From NCBI GenBank assembly GCA_023150835.1, contig JAKLKB010000116.1, positions 1 through 36,109 of the forward strand: a stretch of DNA of 36,109 bases, given 5' to 3'. This document shows positions 27,187-36,109 of this stretch, piece by piece; within the stretch, counting starts at the first letter, position 1; every line of letters begins with the position of its first letter. A program made the translations under genes and the position numbers. The notes beneath the pieces were generated by a model. The model made no database searches and had not been told where the DNA came from. It saw nothing but the letters and a program-made list of their open reading frames with translations. This DNA comes from Myxococcota bacterium. Its GTDB lineage: Bacteria; Myxococcota_C; UBA6777.

Positions 27187-28095
27187 CTACACATCCAACG
27201 CATAAGTATAAGAAAAGCGCAAAAACCACCGACCATAATAACCCGCAAATGCCCAAAATCCGTAACTGTACATCCCGCCCATCGCTTCAAACCGACCCAC
27301 ACCCGGCTGATCCCACGAAGCATACAAACGATATCCCCCCGTCGCTGGACCCAACACTTCGTTGTCTAAAAAATTCATGATCCCCGCCCCGATCTCCAAC
27401 ACGCTCCCTCCGAGCTTTGGAAACCTAAAGTCGATCTTCACCCGCATATCGTACACATAAAACACTTCGAGATATTCGGTCCCAAAATACAGCGGATTGC
27501 GATACACTTCTGGCCGCGTCAACTCCATCCGCAAAACCAGCCCACCATCAAACGCAAAATAGCGCGTGTCCACATGATGCAAAAACAACACGCTGTTCTC
27601 GCCTTTTTGGATATCCCCGTAGCTGTTGTGCATCATCAAGATCCCCAACGAACCGTCCCGCACCAACGGCAACGGGATATGCACAAAACCGCCCACATAA
27701 TACCGCAACGCATCTCCCGCCCCGGGCGGCGCATAACGAATCCCCGCCCGAAGATCCAATATCCGATCCATCCGAAAACGATATTGAACCTCAGGGGCCA
27801 CCCCGCTGTCTAACCCCGTATGATCCGACGTGATATGCAAACGACCCTCGAAAGCGTGTTGAAAACGCTTCGCTGGCTTTGTCGTCGGCTCCGCTGCTTC
27901 AACTTCACCCACACACACCAACACACACCCCCAACAAACACACCATCGCCCCCCGACAGATCCGCCCCGACCGAGCCACCCCATCCAGCGCCCAATCCAC
28001 CGAGACTCACTCCAAGCCTCGCCAAGATGCCCAATCCACCGAGACCTTTGCACTTGACCACACAAAGATCTGAACCACCGCCGCAACAGGCTCAT
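27187..28095 (-). CDS. Hypothetical exported protein, probable outer-membrane beta-barrel
   Basis: ATGA overlap with the upstream gene; signal-like AxA site; amphipathic aromatic strands ending FLRFSYTY. Confidence 0.65.
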   Translation of the reverse strand: MSLLRRWFRSLCGQVQRSRWIGHLGEAWSESRWIGRWMGWLGRGGSVGGRWCVCWGCVLVCVGEVEAAEPTTKPAKRFQHAFEGRLHITSDHTGLDSGVAPEVQYRFRMDRILDLRAGIRYAPPGAGDALRYYVGGFVHIPLPLVRDGSLGILMMHNSYGDIQKGENSVLFLHHVDTRYFAFDGGLVLRMELTRPEVYRNPLYFGTEYLEVFYVYDMRVKIDFRFPKLGGSVLEIGAGIMNFLDNEVLGPATGGYRLYASWDQPGVGRFEAMGGMYSYGFWAFAGYYGRWFLRFSYTYALDV

Positions 28096-29384
28096 CGCGC
28101 ACCTCCTGCGGTGTTTTTCAACCACTCAGAAAAGCGGATATCCACAACCAACTCCGCACCAAAGGAAGGGAACTGCAAAAAGTACAACGTGTACAGGTTG
28201 GTTCGGATCGGCGGAGGGTTGGGATACCATTGACCGATCATGGCGAGACGCACCGAAACAGCGCGACCCAAAGAAAAGTCCACACCCGCTCGCCCCCGCA
28301 ACAGCAAGGTCTGTTCGAGGTTAAAGTTCAGATGCGCGTAGGCTTGGGCATGAACGCCCAGCCACGGCAACGGCGTCATATACCATTCTAGCCCAACGTG
28401 GCCATTGAGCGCAGGTGTGATCGCATTAAAACCGCTGAGATTGTCGCGATTCGTTGCCCCCAAAAGTGTCGCACTAATCGGCAACAACACCAGATGCAAG
28501 TGATTCATATCGTACTGATACGGCCTTGCATCCCGAAACCAAAATGGGATCCGTACCCCCATCCTCACACTTAATCCTGCATCCGAGACGTGCATCTCCG
28601 CACCGCTGCGCAAGATGCTCAGATCATAATAAAAATGGATCTGCGGATGCACATGCACCGCCACATCCACATCAAAGATGTTGTAGCCGTAGTTCACCGT
28701 GTCATAACGATCCGCTCGACCATTTTCTTCAAATGCCAAAAACAACGAAAACGGCCGCCATCGAAAACGCTTAATCGCATCATACGCCGTCAACCGCACC
28801 CCCAAAGAAAACGGCAGATTCAACGGCGAATACGCATCATGTACCGCTTGCAACAACTGCGCTCCGATCTGCAACTCCCACCGTGCAATCGCCCCCTTAC
28901 GCGGCCAAAGAAAATCCACAAACGCAATCGGCAAACGCTCACTATCCGGCATCTCTGGACGATCCGCCACAGGCGCAGGACCCATCGTTGCGGGCTTTCC
29001 TGCCGATAGCGGCTTTTCCGCCACAGGCGCAGGGCCCATCGTTGCGGGCTTTCCTGACGATAGCGGCTTTTCCGCCACAGAGGCAGGCTTCGCCGTTGTG
29101 GGCTTTCCTGCCGATAGCGGCTTTTCCGCCACAGAGGCAGGCTTCGCCGTTGTGGGATTTCCTGACGATAGCGGCTTTTCCGCCACAGAGGCAGGTCCAA
29201 CTGTCGCCTTTTTTCCTCCATTTATCGGCTTTTTCGCCAAAGATACGGGTTCCACCCCCGCTGTTTTTCCTGTGGACATCGTGGTTTTTGGCGGTTGAGC
29301 GTACACACAGACGCCCCCAAGCACCGATATCCACACACCCACCGCAAACACCCATAACCACCTAGCACCGCACAGACTACCCAT
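28092..29384 (-). CDS. Hypothetical exported protein with a 19-aa Pro/Ala/Lys repeat linker and probable beta-barrel
   Basis: Signal peptide; 57-bp repeats (PASVAEKPLSSGKPTTAK-like) at about 28965-29240; beta-strand-rich C-terminus. Confidence 0.65.
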   Translation of the reverse strand: MGSLCGARWLWVFAVGVWISVLGGVCVYAQPPKTTMSTGKTAGVEPVSLAKKPINGGKKATVGPASVAEKPLSSGNPTTAKPASVAEKPLSAGKPTTAKPASVAEKPLSSGKPATMGPAPVAEKPLSAGKPATMGPAPVADRPEMPDSERLPIAFVDFLWPRKGAIARWELQIGAQLLQAVHDAYSPLNLPFSLGVRLTAYDAIKRFRWRPFSLFLAFEENGRADRYDTVNYGYNIFDVDVAVHVHPQIHFYYDLSILRSGAEMHVSDAGLSVRMGVRIPFWFRDARPYQYDMNHLHLVLLPISATLLGATNRDNLSGFNAITPALNGHVGLEWYMTPLPWLGVHAQAYAHLNFNLEQTLLLRGRAGVDFSLGRAVSVRLAMIGQWYPNPPPIRTNLYTLYFLQFPSFGAELVVDIRFSEWLKNTAGGAR

Positions 29385-29402
29385 CGTTTGTTCTTTCTCA
29401 CG

Positions 29403-30302
29403 CTAAGGCGTTTGCACCTTCCACTTGAGGTATCCTTCCACTTCGATCGGAACGAGAGTGGTTTTGACTTCCTTGGCGTCGACATCGACGCGCAAGATCA
29501 TCTTGCTTGGGCTGTTCTCTTTGAGCGCCGAGGCTGTAATGTAGCGGATGCCGTTGATCGACACGCTCCGGTACAGGTGGCTGTGGCCCATCAAAACATG
29601 CTTCACGTTGTACCGCTCAAACAACGCAGCAAAGGTCTGTTCCTCTCGCGAAAAAGAATGGCTCTCCAGCACATAATCCAAATCCCCATATATCGGGAAG
29701 TGCATTACGGCGATCCGATGCGTGGCCGTGTCTTGCTTGAGTTGTTGTTCCAACCACAACCGCTGCGCTTGCCCAAAGGTTCCCGTTGCGTTGTCAAGAA
29801 TGTAGAGGCTTGTGTGTGGCAACTTGAGCAAACGTACCGTCGTTCCATAATAATCGCGCCATAGCCGCCAGCCATCCCCGAAAAAGTCGTGGTTCCCCGC
29901 ACACCAAAAGATCGGTAGTCCTAGCTTTTTCATCTCCCGATCCACAAAGCCGTATTCTTCGGAGGTTCCGCTCTGGGTGTTGTCGCCCCCTGAGATCAAA
30001 AAATCCACAGGGTTGTTCTTCAGATACGCACCCAGCACCTCGATCGCTGGCGCACGCAACGCCGCCACCAACCGCTCGTCCACTTGGATATCCGCAAAAA
30101 ACACAAACGAATAGCGCGCTTTTTGTTGTACTGCCGCAGGCTCAAGCAATACCTGCGGAGGCAACAACTCCATCCGCTTGTTCGCGTCGTATTCTTCCAC
30201 CGGCACAAAAAAGCGGCAACTCCACAACCCCAACCCACAAACCAAGCCGATCCCGATCAACCTCGCCCAAAGACGCAGCCCATCCCGCAGCTTGCACCTC
30301 AT
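29403..30302 (-). CDS. Calcineurin-like metallophosphoesterase lipoprotein (Icc/CpdA-like)
   Basis: Lipobox LWSC; motifs FADIQ, GGD, GNHD, MHFP and GHSH. ATG overlaps the upstream TGA. Confidence 0.88.
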   Translation of the reverse strand: MRCKLRDGLRLWARLIGIGLVCGLGLWSCRFFVPVEEYDANKRMELLPPQVLLEPAAVQQKARYSFVFFADIQVDERLVAALRAPAIEVLGAYLKNNPVDFLISGGDNTQSGTSEEYGFVDREMKKLGLPIFWCAGNHDFFGDGWRLWRDYYGTTVRLLKLPHTSLYILDNATGTFGQAQRLWLEQQLKQDTATHRIAVMHFPIYGDLDYVLESHSFSREEQTFAALFERYNVKHVLMGHSHLYRSVSINGIRYITASALKENSPSKMILRVDVDAKEVKTTLVPIEVEGYLKWKVQTP

Positions 30303-30892
30303 CAAGATCCACCCTCCTGCGCAGCGCGGCGTTCTTTGGCGCGTTGCTGTTGCACCCATGCCGCTTGTTGACGCAAAAGGCGCTCGCTCGCCAGTTCTTG
30401 ACGCTTTGCCAACGCCAACGCATAGCTGCCTTGGACATTCAACAAAGCACTTTGGGCTTGATTCATCGTCGCGATCTGCACAAGCACTTTCCCTGTCCGA
30501 TCTGCACAAAATACCGTAGCATCCGAACCAAACAACAGCGCTCGACGATGCCTTGCAAGGTAGGCGTTGCTGCGTTTCCCCTGCGCATCCTTCAAAAACA
30601 ACACCGCCGAATACACAGGAAACGCATTCGGCCACGCCACCCCCAAGCGATAACAATACCCCGCCTCCACTTCAAAGGTCTGCTTCACGATCGGCCCACC
30701 TCGCAGCACCAACGGCCCTTCGACGTGTGCATAACTCTGCCTCACCGCCACTCCTTTGGCCACCTGTCGCAATGTCTGCTCGTCGTCTTCTTTCTCTTTG
30801 AACATGAACGCACAACCCCCCTGCAAAAGGCCCCATCCGAAGCTCCACATCACGATCCAAAACACCCCATGACTTTTTCTTTTTCGCCGCAT
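30302..30892 (-). CDS. Hypothetical lipoprotein
   Basis: Basic N-terminus and lipobox-like LQGGC; beta-rich body (EAGYCY..FCAD); translationally coupled to the next gene. Confidence 0.7.
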   Translation of the reverse strand: MRRKRKSHGVFWIVMWSFGWGLLQGGCAFMFKEKEDDEQTLRQVAKGVAVRQSYAHVEGPLVLRGGPIVKQTFEVEAGYCYRLGVAWPNAFPVYSAVLFLKDAQGKRSNAYLARHRRALLFGSDATVFCADRTGKVLVQIATMNQAQSALLNVQGSYALALAKRQELASERLLRQQAAWVQQQRAKERRAAQEGGS

Positions 30893-30939
30893 CTTGTTTC
30901 TTTGCTCTGTATCAGGACTTGCGCATTTGGTTTGTTTTG

Positions 30940-31053
30940 TGGGGCGAGGTACCACACCCCGCAAGGGAGCCTCGCTCCCTTGGTCCCGTGTTGGCGGGTG
31001 ATCTTTGTTTTTTCAAACAAGCAACTCTGCCGCTTGAACTTCCGCGAACACGG
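30940..31053 (-). repeat. Repeat family R3 copy 4
   Basis: Reverse complement CCGTGTTCGC..TTCAAGC..GTTTGAA..AACACGGGACCAAGGGAGC-GAG-GCTCCCTTG..CCCCA. Confidence 0.85.
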
Positions 31054-31305
31054 GGGTTTTTGACGAGCCGTTCCTGCACTCAACGAACCAGACGACCCGA
31101 CCAAACCGCCCGTTGACGCTTCATCCGAGGCCCAAGGCTTATGCCCCGTTGACATCGAAGATGCAGCGTGACGAATTCAACCGACCATACAACAAGCCCT
31201 TGGTGGCGAAAAGAAGCCGCTCTTGCTTCCACCCTTTTTTCTCCTTCTCCGCCCTCCAAGAAACTATCCACGCAACGTCCGATACCACCGAAAGAAACAT
31301 CGCCG

Positions 31306-32325
31306 ATGAACGCCCCACAATGGTTTGATGGACACCTTGACCTCGCTTGCTTGGCCCTGATGGGACGCGATATGCTCGTCCCCCCCGAAGATGCCCAAGG
31401 ACCACCACAGCCCGCCTCCCTCACCTTCCCCAGTATGCAGCAAGGCCATATCGTCCGCTGCATCGGCACGATCTTTACTGCACCCAACTTTTCTGGCCCT
31501 TGCGGCTACCCTCGCGAAGATTCCGTCGAAGGCGCACACCTAGCCGGCCTACGTCAACTCACCATGTACCAGATCTGGCAAAAGACCCGTGTCATCGACT
31601 TGATCACTCACCGCGAACACCTCGATCAGACCTCCACACGACCACAAGTCTTGCTTTCGATGGAAGGCGCTGATCCGATCCGTCATCCCGAAGAAGTCGC
31701 TTGGTGGCATACCCAAGGACTTCGCCTCGTCGGCATGGCATGGAACCAAGGCACCCGATACGCGGGCGGAAACGCCCGACCCGGCCCTCTCACCACCGAA
31801 GGCCGCGATCTCGTCCATGCCCTCGACCAACACGGCATCATCCACGATCTCTCCCACCTCTGCGACCAAGCCGCCGAACAACTCCTCGACCTCTCCGACG
31901 GCCCCATCATCGCCAGCCATTCAAGCAGCCGCACCGCCCTCCACAGCCAAGATCAACGCCACCTCCCCGATTCCTTGATCCGCGCCATCAGCCAACGCGG
32001 CGGCATCATCGGCCTCAACCTACTCAGCCAATTTCTCCACCCCAACGGACTCAAACAACGCGCCTCCCTTGATGACGCCATCGCGCAGATCGAAGCCCTG
32101 TGCGAACGTATGCAACGCCGCGATGGCATCGGCCTCGGCAGCGATCTCGATGGCGGATACGGCGCAAATGCCCTTCCCCTCAGCATCCAAGCCCCCCGCG
32201 ACTTTATCAAGATCTGCGATGCCCTTGCACTTCACGGCTGGAGCGACCACGACATCCAAGGCTTCGTCTCCCACAACTGGCTGCGGTTTCTCCACAAGCA
32301 CCTCCCCTCACACCCTTCCCCCTAA
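31306..32325 (+). CDS. Membrane dipeptidase (peptidase M19) family
   Basis: DGHLD, SMEGAD, DLSH, ASHS, R-x-L-x-D, GGIIG, GLGSDLDG, NWLRF. Confidence 0.92.
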   Translation: MNAPQWFDGHLDLACLALMGRDMLVPPEDAQGPPQPASLTFPSMQQGHIVRCIGTIFTAPNFSGPCGYPREDSVEGAHLAGLRQLTMYQIWQKTRVIDLITHREHLDQTSTRPQVLLSMEGADPIRHPEEVAWWHTQGLRLVGMAWNQGTRYAGGNARPGPLTTEGRDLVHALDQHGIIHDLSHLCDQAAEQLLDLSDGPIIASHSSSRTALHSQDQRHLPDSLIRAISQRGGIIGLNLLSQFLHPNGLKQRASLDDAIAQIEALCERMQRRDGIGLGSDLDGGYGANALPLSIQAPRDFIKICDALALHGWSDHDIQGFVSHNWLRFLHKHLPSHPSP

Positions 32326-32554
32326 TACGACACCACTCGCTCCCAACGTACACAAAACAGCACAAACCTTCTTTCTCGTCATATTGAACGCTCCTCTCCT
32401 TTGTGCGTACAAAAACCTTAGTCCACCGCACCACCGATTCCAAGAACGACGCCAGAGAACAAAGACAACTGAATACGCTTTGAAAAGTTTCTACGCTGCC
32501 TTGGAGAGTCCTCGACTTGACTTCTCTCGCTCAACTTGCGATATCGTTTCCGAA

Positions 32555-32569
32555 TGTAACTCAGTTACA
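32555..32569. promoter_or_regulatory. Palindromic operator candidate upstream of the toxin-antitoxin operon
   Basis: TGTAAC-TCA-GTTACA, 33 nt before the toxin ATG and just downstream of TTGACT(32517)..TATCGT(32542). Confidence 0.55.
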
Positions 32570-32602
32570 CAAGGCGAGCAAAAAACACGGAGGCTGGGTT
32601 GA

Positions 32603-32929
32603 ATGGCGAAGAAACATCGCCCAAAGATTGAAAATCCTCTTGGAAGAGCAAGAGCTTGCTGGACAAATGGTGACGTTGTCTTTATGCCTCATGCTCTCCT
32701 GCGACAAGAAGAGAGGCAGATTACCGATCCAGAGGTCGGGCAAATTATTTTGGGAGGCTTTCACGAAAAATCAAAAGACGAATACAAAGAAAATCTAAAA
32801 GAGTGGAATTATGCCCTGCGTGGAAGAACGATAGATGGGCGAGATCTTCGGATTGCTGTTGCTTTTGAGCTTTCTGAGCTTGAAGAAACTTTATTGATCG
32901 TGACTGCAATTGAAATCAAAGCGACATGA
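32603..32929 (+). CDS. DUF4258-like putative type II toxin (RelE/MqsR-like)
   Basis: HA..R..ER-x-I, WNYALRG-x-T-x-DGR-x-LRIAVAF, LIVTAI; ATGA-coupled to the HTH gene. Confidence 0.75.
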   Translation: MAKKHRPKIENPLGRARACWTNGDVVFMPHALLRQEERQITDPEVGQIILGGFHEKSKDEYKENLKEWNYALRGRTIDGRDLRIAVAFELSELEETLLIVTAIEIKAT

Positions 32930-33453
32930 TGAGGTCAAAAGAAATGGAAGAAAAAGTATGGCTCGATACACGCTTCGGATTCCCTGTTGAGCTTCGCGGT
33001 GTCAAATCCCGCATCATCCGAGGGGAAGAAGTCCCGATGATCAATGCAAATCATCTCCGCTTTGCTGTCATCGCAGGGTTGATCTTGAAGCCCGGACGCT
33101 TGACGGGCAACGAAGTCAGATTCCTTCGACTGTGGATGGAGTTGACTCTTTCTCAGCTTGGCTCGGAGCTGGGCGTGACCCATCCTGCCGTACTCAAATG
33201 GGAAGCCAAAGAAAACAATCCTTCAAGTATGGGAAAAGCTGTGGAGATCCAGCTACGTCTGCTTGTTCTCTCTAAGTTTGCTCAAACGATGGAAGAACAA
33301 AAAAGCACAGAAGCGCCACAAACCGTACAGCAGCTCGAAGAAAAGATACCCTTCGATTCTGCCGGTCCTTTGGCGTTCGGACATATGTTGAAAACCGTCG
33401 CCACGGCTGTCAAAATGCAGCCTTCCACCCCCGTTCTTCAGATCTCCGCTTGA
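32926..33453 (+). CDS. MqsA/HigA-like Xre HTH antitoxin
   Basis: LTGNEVRFLR..LT..LG..LGVTHPAVLKWE helix-turn-helix. Confidence 0.8.
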   Translation: MMRSKEMEEKVWLDTRFGFPVELRGVKSRIIRGEEVPMINANHLRFAVIAGLILKPGRLTGNEVRFLRLWMELTLSQLGSELGVTHPAVLKWEAKENNPSSMGKAVEIQLRLLVLSKFAQTMEEQKSTEAPQTVQQLEEKIPFDSAGPLAFGHMLKTVATAVKMQPSTPVLQISA

Positions 33454-33468
33454 AAGCACATCGCCCGA

Positions 33469-33663
33469 TCACATCAAAGTTCCAAGCTTTTCCAACACCT
33501 CATCCACCGTCTCTCCAACTCTTCGTTCCCGCGCTTCCTCGTCGTCTGCATCCCTCAACAATCGCTGCATCCGCTCGTATTCTCTCCGATAACCCTCAAC
33601 CAACTCCTCTTCCGTATACTCTTTTCGCAAACGCAACAACTTCCGCGCTTCCAAACCCTCCAT
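33469..33663 (-). CDS. Small charged helical hypothetical protein (64 aa)
   Basis: Strong RBS GAGGAGGT before the ATG; fills the intergenic gap; Glu/Arg-rich. Confidence 0.55.
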   Translation of the reverse strand: MEGLEARKLLRLRKEYTEEELVEGYRREYERMQRLLRDADDEEARERRVGETVDEVLEKLGTLM

Positions 33664-33730
33664 CTCACCACCTCCTCTTCCTCAAAACCTCACGCGCTCC
33701 AAAACACCGCCACACACCCATCCTTTAACT

Positions 33731-34477
33731 TCACAACACTTGCCATTGATCCGACCGCAGCAGCTTTTGAACCTCTGAGCGCATCGATTGCCAAAGCCCC
33801 AAAAGCTTGCTTTCTAGCTCGTTCACTTTCTTTTGAAGCTGTTCGATCTTTTCGTTGTCACGGTACTTTGCGCCAAGCTGCACGCTCAAACGCGCTGCCG
33901 CTTCCTGCTTCTCCGTATGAGTCTTCGCGTACGGAACATCAAACTGCCGACCCAACGCCAACAGACGCTCTTTCTGTTCATTTGTGAGTGCTACGCGCTC
34001 TAGCCTTTTGATCGCCCGTTCCACCCACGCCATCGGCGTCTCGTGTTTTCTCTTCACTTTCAACCGCAGCCTTGCCACTTGTCCAAAAGACCAATCTTCT
34101 TTCGCTTCTAATTGCCCCATCTCCGCGTCCATCTGCCCGATCAGATCATCAAAATGCCTGTCTTTGTCGATCATCCGTATGTGCATCCGCGTCTTCGCTG
34201 GCAGACGAAAAATCACCGTTTGCTTCCATTGAGGGCGATAGCTATCCATCACCACACGGGTCTGGAACTTTTGCCCCCCTCCCTCGATCACCACAAACGG
34301 ATCTGGTGCCTGCTTCCAAGGAAATCCCCAATCCCATTTCTTCCCGTTCGCTTTCGTCGACCGAATCTCCGCCTCCACGATCTCCACCTCCCATTCCACA
34401 ACCCCCTTCCCCCATGCTTCTCCTACCAACCCGCACCACAAACTCACCCAAACAACCACCTTCCAAAACGCCCACAT
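33731..34477 (-). CDS. Secreted C2-domain protein fused to a Spy/CpxP (LTxxQ)-like helical domain
   Basis: Signal peptide ending AWG; C2 motifs PDPFV, T..V..SYRPQW and DKDRHFDDLIG; then LTNEQ...LRSDQW. AGGAGG RBS. Confidence 0.75.
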   Translation of the reverse strand: MWAFWKVVVWVSLWCGLVGEAWGKGVVEWEVEIVEAEIRSTKANGKKWDWGFPWKQAPDPFVVIEGGGQKFQTRVVMDSYRPQWKQTVIFRLPAKTRMHIRMIDKDRHFDDLIGQMDAEMGQLEAKEDWSFGQVARLRLKVKRKHETPMAWVERAIKRLERVALTNEQKERLLALGRQFDVPYAKTHTEKQEAAARLSVQLGAKYRDNEKIEQLQKKVNELESKLLGLWQSMRSEVQKLLRSDQWQVL

Positions 34478-34678
34478 ATCCGCCTCCTCTCCTCTCACTT
34501 CTCGGCCACCTACCGCTCGCAACCTATCACGAGGGACCTCGCCCTGCCAACGAACAGTGAGGGGGCAAGAAGAGCGCGGCACGCTCTGCCTCTGCTCCCG
34601 CTTGCTTTGTCGCTTGCGCGTGTGCCCTGCCCGACCTTCCCTGCCCTTCCCTCCCTGCTCTGCTTGACACCCCTCTTC

Positions 34679-35689
34679 TCAATTTGCGTCTGGCGTCGGA
34701 TGGTTCGGATCTGTCGGATTCGCTGGCTTCTCAGAAGCCTTCGCGTCCTTTTGCTTCTTGGCTTGACCCTTGCCGCTTTTGTTACTGGCTTTTTTCGCGC
34801 TTGTCGTGGGTGTGGTCGCGTGCAGTTCGATCTGTGCAAGAACCTCTGGCTGACCGTCGTAAATAAATCGCAGATACCGCGCCATCTCTCGTTGAATGCG
34901 CACAAAATACGTCCACGCCTGATCCCGCAATAGGCGCGCTTTCTCCAACGCTGCTTTTTCCTTCGACGGTGCCAACAGCGACTCTGCCAGCCTTGGCATC
35001 GCGTCCATCTCCTCCTCCGTCAACAGCTCCTTCTTCAAAAGCACGCTCCGATAACGCTTCACCGCCGAATGCAGATCTTTCAGATCATCCGCTCGATCTT
35101 CGTAGCCTGCCCCCGGGCGAACTTCCTCCAACACTCGCTGTACATCGGCATCCCCTCGACCCACCACCTTCAACACATCCACCACCCGTCCCTTCAATTC
35201 CCCTGCTTCTTCGTACCTCTTGCGCAGTGTCTGTGATCTCGGATCGATTAACGCCACGTCTCGCCTTGCCCGCCAAAAGGCCAACGCTGCCACTCGCAAC
35301 TGACCCAGTTCTCCCTCCGGCAGGATCTTGAAATGCTTCCGCAATCCCGACAACGCATCCTGATACAGCACTTCCACCCGCTGCGCATACCCCGAAACTC
35401 GCCCTCCACTCAACCGAACCTGCTCCACCTCTGCCTTCTTCAACCGACATATCTCTGGCAACAGCACTTCGAGCGCTTCCTTTGCCTCTTGCGCTGGTTC
35501 TTCGTCTTCTTCCGCTTCCGATACCTCCGCGCTTGCGCTCTTTGGGTCTTCCTCCGCCTCTGCTTTGGCTTCTGATGCCTCTGCGCTTACAGGCTTTTGA
35601 GCTTCCTCCGCCTCCGCTCCCTCTGTTTGTACCTTTCGCGTCTCTTGGCTCTCTTCTTTCAAGCCTTTCTGCTTCTTGGCCTTTGCCAT
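34679..35689 (-). CDS. Hypothetical alpha-helical protein with acidic N-terminal and basic C-terminal disordered tails
   Basis: ATG 35689 after AGGAGAGGGA; helical core (GAGYEDRADDL, LRDQAWTYF). The ORF extension to 36082 crosses repeat DNA. Confidence 0.75.
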   Translation of the reverse strand: MAKAKKQKGLKEESQETRKVQTEGAEAEEAQKPVSAEASEAKAEAEEDPKSASAEVSEAEEDEEPAQEAKEALEVLLPEICRLKKAEVEQVRLSGGRVSGYAQRVEVLYQDALSGLRKHFKILPEGELGQLRVAALAFWRARRDVALIDPRSQTLRKRYEEAGELKGRVVDVLKVVGRGDADVQRVLEEVRPGAGYEDRADDLKDLHSAVKRYRSVLLKKELLTEEEMDAMPRLAESLLAPSKEKAALEKARLLRDQAWTYFVRIQREMARYLRFIYDGQPEVLAQIELHATTPTTSAKKASNKSGKGQAKKQKDAKASEKPANPTDPNHPTPDAN

Positions 35690-35936
35690 CGCTCCCTCTC
35701 CTTTTCTGTCAAGGTCACTACTCCGAAACACACGCACCGCACTCAACGCACGCGACATCTGCTTCTGTTCCTTACCTAAATCCTTAAACGCCCCTCCCTT
35801 TTCGCATAACGCCTCATCAAAGGGAAGAACCTGATCCCACAAAACCAACCCGTCTTCGCCTTCTTTTGGCACCCACCACCACCCCAAAAACCTGTCATCA
35901 CCTTCTTTTGGCACTCCACACCACCCAAACCAACCT

Positions 35937-36042
35937 GTCATACGACATCCGAGCAAGAGGGTGTCTAACGCAGCGATATCTGAACGCGATATCTCCGCGT
36001 AATGTGTGATCGTAAAAATGTAGGGGCAGCCCCCTGTGGCAC
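35937..36042 (+). repeat. Repeat family R2 partial copy
   Basis: GTCATACGACATCCG TIR-like 15-mer, then TGTGTGATCGTAAAAATGTAGGGGCAGCCCCCTGTGGC. Confidence 0.7.
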
Positions 36043-36109
36043 TTGGACCAACTAATGCCAAATCACGAAAAAGGCTGGACAATTGAAACGAATCTTGTTC
36101 GTTGAAACA

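Noticed and set aside
35859-35926. Short direct repeat CCTTCTTTTGGCAC x2 (and the 18-bp duplication near 5195-5230)
   Set aside because: Two-copy local duplications with no further support for a function.

Overview
A GC-rich bacterial chromosomal window. It is probably Myxococcota-like, inferred from Cys-rich repeat lipoproteins, a Hanks-type kinase and eukaryote-like domains. It holds about 27 CDS. Housekeeping and metabolic genes include an S9 dipeptidyl peptidase, rlmD, upp, pdxH, a GST, an M19 dipeptidase, an MMPL transporter, and a truncated globin with a sterol-desaturase-family gene. Two compositionally distinct accessory modules are present: a C5 DNA methyltransferase paired with a BsuBI/PstI-family endonuclease, and a DUF4258/HTH toxin-antitoxin pair. 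Unusual proteins include a plant/fungal-type BAHD acyltransferase, a catalytically degenerate 5'-nucleotidase fused to a probable beta-barrel, and a secreted C2 + Spy/CpxP fusion. A co-oriented run links an Icc-like phosphoesterase, two outer-membrane proteins, a KirBac K+ channel, an MBL hydrolase and a cNMP-binding Ser/Thr kinase. The most striking unexplained signal is non-coding. Three families of short structured interspersed repeats (here R1, R2, R3) join or nest into one another at GGGG-Nx-CCCC mini-hairpins. Four R2 copies end 22-23 nt before an inferred start codon. No tRNA, rRNA, CRISPR array or transposase was seen. All calls come from reading motifs by eye; no database search was run.
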